A program made the translations under genes and the position numbers. Source: Kondoa subrosea (lineage: Eukaryota). From it: a stretch of 64,000 nt of DNA. The stretch is taken from contig BCIN01000001.1 of NCBI GenBank assembly GCA_039545335.1, positions 860,208 through 924,207 on the forward strand, in the 5' to 3' direction. This document shows positions 58,995 to 64,000 of the stretch, piece after piece; position 1 is the stretch's first letter, and each line of letters starts with the position of its first letter. Below the pieces are notes generated by a model that saw only the letters and a program-made list of their open reading frames with translations, was not told where the DNA came from and did no database searches.

Positions 58995-59501
58995 GGCGGT
59001 TTCGTGATGAAGTTGCAATTCAAAGCGAATTCTCGAAGTCTGTCAAAACACACCAGGATGGAGCATCAATGAATGTGTGCTTTGCACTATACACGCCGAC
59101 TAGGAATACAATTTTCGAGAGATCCCCCTTTTCTCTGTTGAGATTTTCTGTGCCCAAAGTGAAGATGCTAGAAGATGCCAGATCCCAGAAAAATGCTTCC
59201 TCTTCTTGCCTGCCCTTTTCCCAGTATGCCCGCTTTTGATGACCTTTTGATGATTTGATTAGAAGAGATGAGAAAGTACAATTGTCAAAATAGTTGTTCA
59301 GGCGAAAGCGCCATTGTGAGATAATACAATTTTCGCTTGAGAATGAGAGATGCCGGTGAAAGTTGATATTAGTTGTGTCTTTGAGGGTAGTAGTAAGATT
59401 GAGGAACAGATTAGATTGCTGGTATTAACTCGACTTCTTGTTTATTGTTACAGTGCTTTTGAGTCGAACAGAATAATTTTTGAGACTTTGAGATTGAGAA
59501 T

Positions 59502-62345
59502 TTAGCAGCCAAGGTAGCGGTAGTTGAGTTCAGACATTTCTCGAGAAAGATAGCCCCAAGTCAGCTTGCCACCAATTGTAGGTTTGCCAGCTTCAACGCG
59601 ACGACGTTCCAATTCAGCTTCGTACCATTGCAAAGACCACATGAAGAGGACAGTTGGCTGTAAAGTTTGCGAAATCACTAGATGCTCAAGAGCAAAACCC
59701 GAACACCGACTCACCTGAATGAGAATGTTCAAACGACGACTTCGAGTAAGCAAATACGCCGATTGAAGATCTACCTCGCAATGCTTCATGACATAAGCAA
59801 TGACGAGTGAAGAACTCCTCGATACGCCAACTCTGCAATGCACCAACACTTTGCCTCCTTTTCTTCGAGCATCTTCAATGAATTCGTTGGAACGCTCGAA
59901 AAGGCCTTTGATAGGGTCAATTCCATCATCGCTGATACCTTGGAGATCAAGAACTTCAATGTTGCCCATTCTTTGTTCGAGCCAGAGTGAATTGGTAGGC
60001 AAACGCGCTTTGAGATTAATTGGGACATTGCCGAATCCAGTTGCGATGGGTGATTCGTTACCATCGCGAGGGGGAATAAGAGCAGTTTCGCCAATAGAAA
60101 CAACATGAGTGATACCGAGTTCTTTGAGCATGAGAGCGTTAGTCGCGTGATTGAGGTTACCAAGGTAGAGGAAAGGCAAGATGCGAGACGGGAAGTGACC
60201 ATCGAAGCGTTCGTTATAGAACCAGGGCGCAGCGATCATCTTGTCAGCCAAACTGGGCTGCTGGTAAGAACTTTGTCTGGTCAAAGCGGGAGTAGCAGGT
60301 GAACTTGATCGTGTGAATCGAGGTCGGAAAAGAGCTGGAGCAGGTGGAGAAGTCTCTACTACAGATTCAAGCTTGACTGAGCGACGTTCTTGATGTACCA
60401 AAGCGAGTAGACGGGTTTCTAATTGACCAAGAAGTTCGACATCATTTGGGTAAACAAAGAAACTGCGCTGAGCTTCGTGCTGAAGATGAAGATAAGCTTG
60501 AGGTAGGGTTAAACCACGATCGTACATGACATAGGCGAGAGCGAGAACAGAAGTATCGGTGTAGCCATCTGTCGTGTGAATAAGAACATTGCGAGGTGAC
60601 CATTTGGCTTCTTCGGGACTAAGTGAGCTCTTTGCTTTACGCCCACGAGAGAAGATAGAGGTAGGAGAAGCTGAGACAGGTTCGACTGGCCGTTTAGTTT
60701 GACGGCGAATCCAAACAACAAGTTGAATAACACTCTCCATGCTGGAAACTATGATGAGCTGGAACATCAAGAGCTGACAACAGGAAGCTCACAAGTTGAT
60801 CAGACTGCTCTGGGTAGTGCAGGCATCTCCAGTCGACAAACATTCTAGATGAGTGATTTGAGCAGGATCGACATTCTGCCCAGGCTTGATGTTGCGATGA
60901 ATGCGGTCGACCATGTTCTCATACCCTCTCAGAGCCTCAGTTGATGCCATAAGAGCTTTGTCATGAGCTTCAATGCAAATGCTGAAACCATGAGGATTAC
61001 CATCTTCCATTTCATCACGATCAAAGGAAGAGGAAGAATCGCTGCTGCTAATGTGTTGATGAGATCTTTTTGGGAGAGGTAAAGAATTGTAGGTGAGAGT
61101 ATCAGTTTCGAGCGCAGCAACCAAAACACCAAGTTCATCGCTTGAATCCATTCTCGCTGCTGATCTCTGAAGTTGCTGTCGAGCCACCGGTACATCTTGC
61201 GTATTGCCTAACCATACACCATCCGCAATTTGAGAAGCCTCAGTCAAAACTCGCATCTCTTCCTTTTCTTGGTTGAAGAAATCAATCTTGTTTCGAACGA
61301 AACCCATTGAATCCACTGCCACTAAATCAGGATAGTACTGTTCAAAGACTTCAAATCGATCTTCTACTACAAAGACGCGGTATTCGACCAGATCTTCAGC
61401 TGAATCCGAATCTGCCAATCGGCTTGCTCGCATGTCTTTCTGAGCTGCCAAGAATCGTTCAGCGGTAGGCAAAAGATCAACAGAAGAGAGACCATCTGCT
61501 GAGTAGATGACAATGTCGGAAACTGAAGCCAGCTTGGTTGCTTGCAGGCGGAAGTTGCGCAGGTTGATAGCGAAAGGAACTGCTGGTCGAGAAAAGCGAG
61601 GAGAACTTGAGTTTTTTAGTAGAAGATCTTCAGGTAGGAAAGCAGAAGTGAGAAGAGCGCAACGAGCTTCTGGACCATAGCTTGAACTAGAAGAACTTGC
61701 TAGACTTGGGTCAAAAGAATGGTCAAAAGAAGATGCTGAGCTCGAGTTGGAAGAAGAGCTGTTGGAAGAGGCATAAGATGAAATTGAAGCGAGTGAGTTG
61801 AGACGAGAGTGAGGTCGGAAGAACATGGCTTCGTTATCGCAAGTGACTGTTGTAAGCCCTCGAAATCTGGAAATTCATATCAGTCCAAGCGCAAGCTTTA
61901 TTGCGCAAAGCACTGACCTGGGAGTCTTCAGACCACCTTCACCGTATCCAAAGTAGTAAGCCTGCTGCGTTCCGCGCTGATCTGCGCCGTGAAGCCATGG
62001 AAACAAGATGTTCTCTGGTGTATCCAAAACAAAATCTTGAGCTTGAAGAGCATGATACTGAGCTGCAGAGAGGACTTTGATGTCTGGATTAGATGGATGG
62101 GAAGGATAGGTAGCGTCTTGCGGGTGCTGTAGGCCATGTATGTGAGATTTTGATACACGGTGTGATGAAGGACTTGGACGAATTGCTGGAATGTGAGCAG
62201 TGATGGCAGCGGACTCTTTTGCTGCCTGGCAAGTAGAGGAACGCAATTGCTCGGACGCTGCTAGTGATGCTTTTTGAACGGTAGAAGTGTGACCTGCAGC
62301 TGCGCTTGATCGCAGAGCCAAGGGATGCATAGTAGTTGTGGCCAT
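59502..62345 (-). CDS. PPS1: Dual-specificity protein phosphatase, Pps1-like
   Basis: Active-site VLVHCRVGVSRS, HFPSRILPFLYLGNLNHA, DDGID, LFPWLHG, INLRNF. The upstream DSP-like domain is degenerate (VLIHTTDGYTDTS). Confidence 0.88.
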
Positions 62346-62536
62346 GATGGAAGGAAGTGAGTGTGAGGATGAGTGAGAAAGACCAGCTTGAAGCTTGTGA
62401 AGATTGTGTTGCAGAAATAGGAGAAGAAAGTTCCCACTCGAATGTGATGGAATTTGGTTCGGGATGTCTGACCGGAGGACTTGGACTTTGGCTAGAACTC
62501 AGTAGCAACCAGTGCAAGTGAGATGAGAGGGAGCGA

Positions 62537-62557
62537 AAGAGAGAGAGAGAGAGGGAG
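62537..62557. repeat. (GA)n microsatellite upstream of the PPS1-like gene
   Basis: aagagagagagagagagggaga run. Confidence 0.7.
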
Positions 62558-63103
62558 ATTTACTTTCGGCGAGCGTCTGTTCGAAATATGTCTCTGCGCT
62601 TGTCGCGTCCCGCGTTTTCATGGATTGCCGTTGGCAACTCACCACTAGCACAACGAGTCTACTGTATTCAGAGATAGAAAGCCTATCCATGATGTATACA
62701 AGCTTCCCATGCCGACAAAAAGTAACGCGCTCAACCCTCTTCTTCACCCACGCGACTTATCGCTTTGTGTACGTCATGACAGCAATTGATACCTGTACAC
62801 AAAACACGTTGTAAGTGTGCACTGTGATAATGTCGTGACATTCTTGAATAAAGAAGACGGAACGGGAACACGAGGTCAGAAGCTGATAAATGAAACAAGA
62901 TAAATGCAATCTAGATTATGAGCCCAAGATCTGCCGGTATTCCTACCAAATATCTGGAGAGAGATCGTGAAGCAGCAGAGTCTCGAGCATTAGAGGGAGA
63001 TGAGTATACAGAGTAGGAGGAAAGGAAGACTGGCAAGCTTAAAGAACTGACGAAAGTGGAAAAAAAGGGCGATACGCATAAGTTTGGATAACATGCTAAC
63101 ATA

Positions 63104-64000
63104 CTACTGGAACATGTTACTATGAGCCCAATGGTTGTCATTTGCTAAATGAGCTGCCTGCACTGCTGGGTGATTGGTATGAGCTTGAGGATTGGCTAGA
63201 ACTTCAACATGGTGCCCTTCGATAGCTTGCAAACAGCTCCTGATATTGGTCGCGTTGGACAGATTATTGAAATGTGCGCCCTGAGGTAAGATCAATCGAT
63301 AACTATATTGCGTGCACTCAGTATTTATTCGCGGGAAGGAATAAAGTCACTCACGCGAAGCTTTTGAAGGATCGCAGTAAAGGTTCTCCAAATCGCACGT
63401 TAGTACTGTTATTGATGTCCACAATTGGTTTGATCAAATAGCGAGATTGCGCAAAGTTGTCTATGATAGGCTTGAGCGTGAATGAGCCGTCGGGATTCGT
63501 AGATTTTTGGACCATAACGCTGTACGGTAAGCCATCGTGTCTGATCCCGCGCCAAAGCAACATCTCTAAGGCTGTACCCAAGTCGTTGACGAATTTGAAT
63601 CTCGAAGCAAGCGAATGAAAAGGAGACTGTGGATCATTGAGAAAGCCCTTGACAGCTACCTCCATGGGCTTGCGTTGGAACATCAGTATGATCAACTCAG
63701 GAAGAGATGAGCACAGCCTCACTATCGCGCCCGCAACTCTCTCCATCACTAAGACCTGATAGTGCACGAGTCCAATTTGCAACGAATAGTGTATGATTAC
63801 TTCAGGTACTTTGACGTGAACTTCTTTGAGATGAATGGCTGCTCGAGCTTGATTCATGCCTTCTTCTGGAAAGGTTTCTGTAGAGACTTTGATGCACAGA
63901 AACCCACAGTCCGACGCTTTAGCTAAGAAGAACTTGCCGAATCCTCCGTCATTGCCCGTCGCGATTGGTTTCTGGATATCGCAAGCGAGATGCAGGTAGA
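63104..64000 (-). CDS. Protein-kinase-like fold protein, probably a pseudokinase; 5' end lies outside the window
   Basis: Gly loop GNDGGFGKFF, LCIK, VKVPEV, LVMERVAG (hinge), GIRHDGLPYSVMV and IIDNFAQS occur in kinase subdomain order. Confidence 0.6.

Noticed and set aside
1..64000. Prokaryotic-type systems (CRISPR, operons, IS elements), rRNA/tRNA genes, transposon ORFs, secondary-metabolite cluster
   Set aside because: No repeat-spacer array, transposase, reverse transcriptase, PKS/NRPS or cloverleaf was seen by eye. A tRNAscan-SE/Infernal run would be needed to exclude small ncRNAs.

Overview
Gene-dense, intron-rich fungal nuclear DNA. Short (about 45-60 nt) spliceosomal introns and the gene content point to a basidiomycete, probably Pucciniomycotina (inference). 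About 32 protein-coding genes were reconstructed by manual splicing. Recognisable genes: URA2 (5'-truncated), BMT6, a phytase-type acid phosphatase, MON1, EPL1, a head-to-head HSP60/HSP10 pair, an MFS transporter, ISY1, MTG1, DSC2, SWR1, RMT2, GRG1, TYS1, a DJP1/CAJ1-like J protein, HSBP1, U2AF1 and a PPS1-like phosphatase. The remainder are uncharacterised, including several micro-exon genes that the ORF track misses. No rRNA, tRNA, transposon or CRISPR array was recognised. The most striking observation is that the U2AF1 gene seems to need a single-nucleotide exon (position 58101, between a 57-nt and a 50-nt intron) to encode its conserved EACCRQ zinc-finger motif, and it also carries a GC-AG intron. 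Other points: a ~98-bp duplicate of the DSC2 3' end with almost only synonymous differences, an F-box gene with a nonsense codon in the F-box, a stand-alone TFIIS central-domain protein, H3K27-like RKSAP motifs in SWR1, and a probable pseudokinase. All exon boundaries are manual predictions without transcript support.
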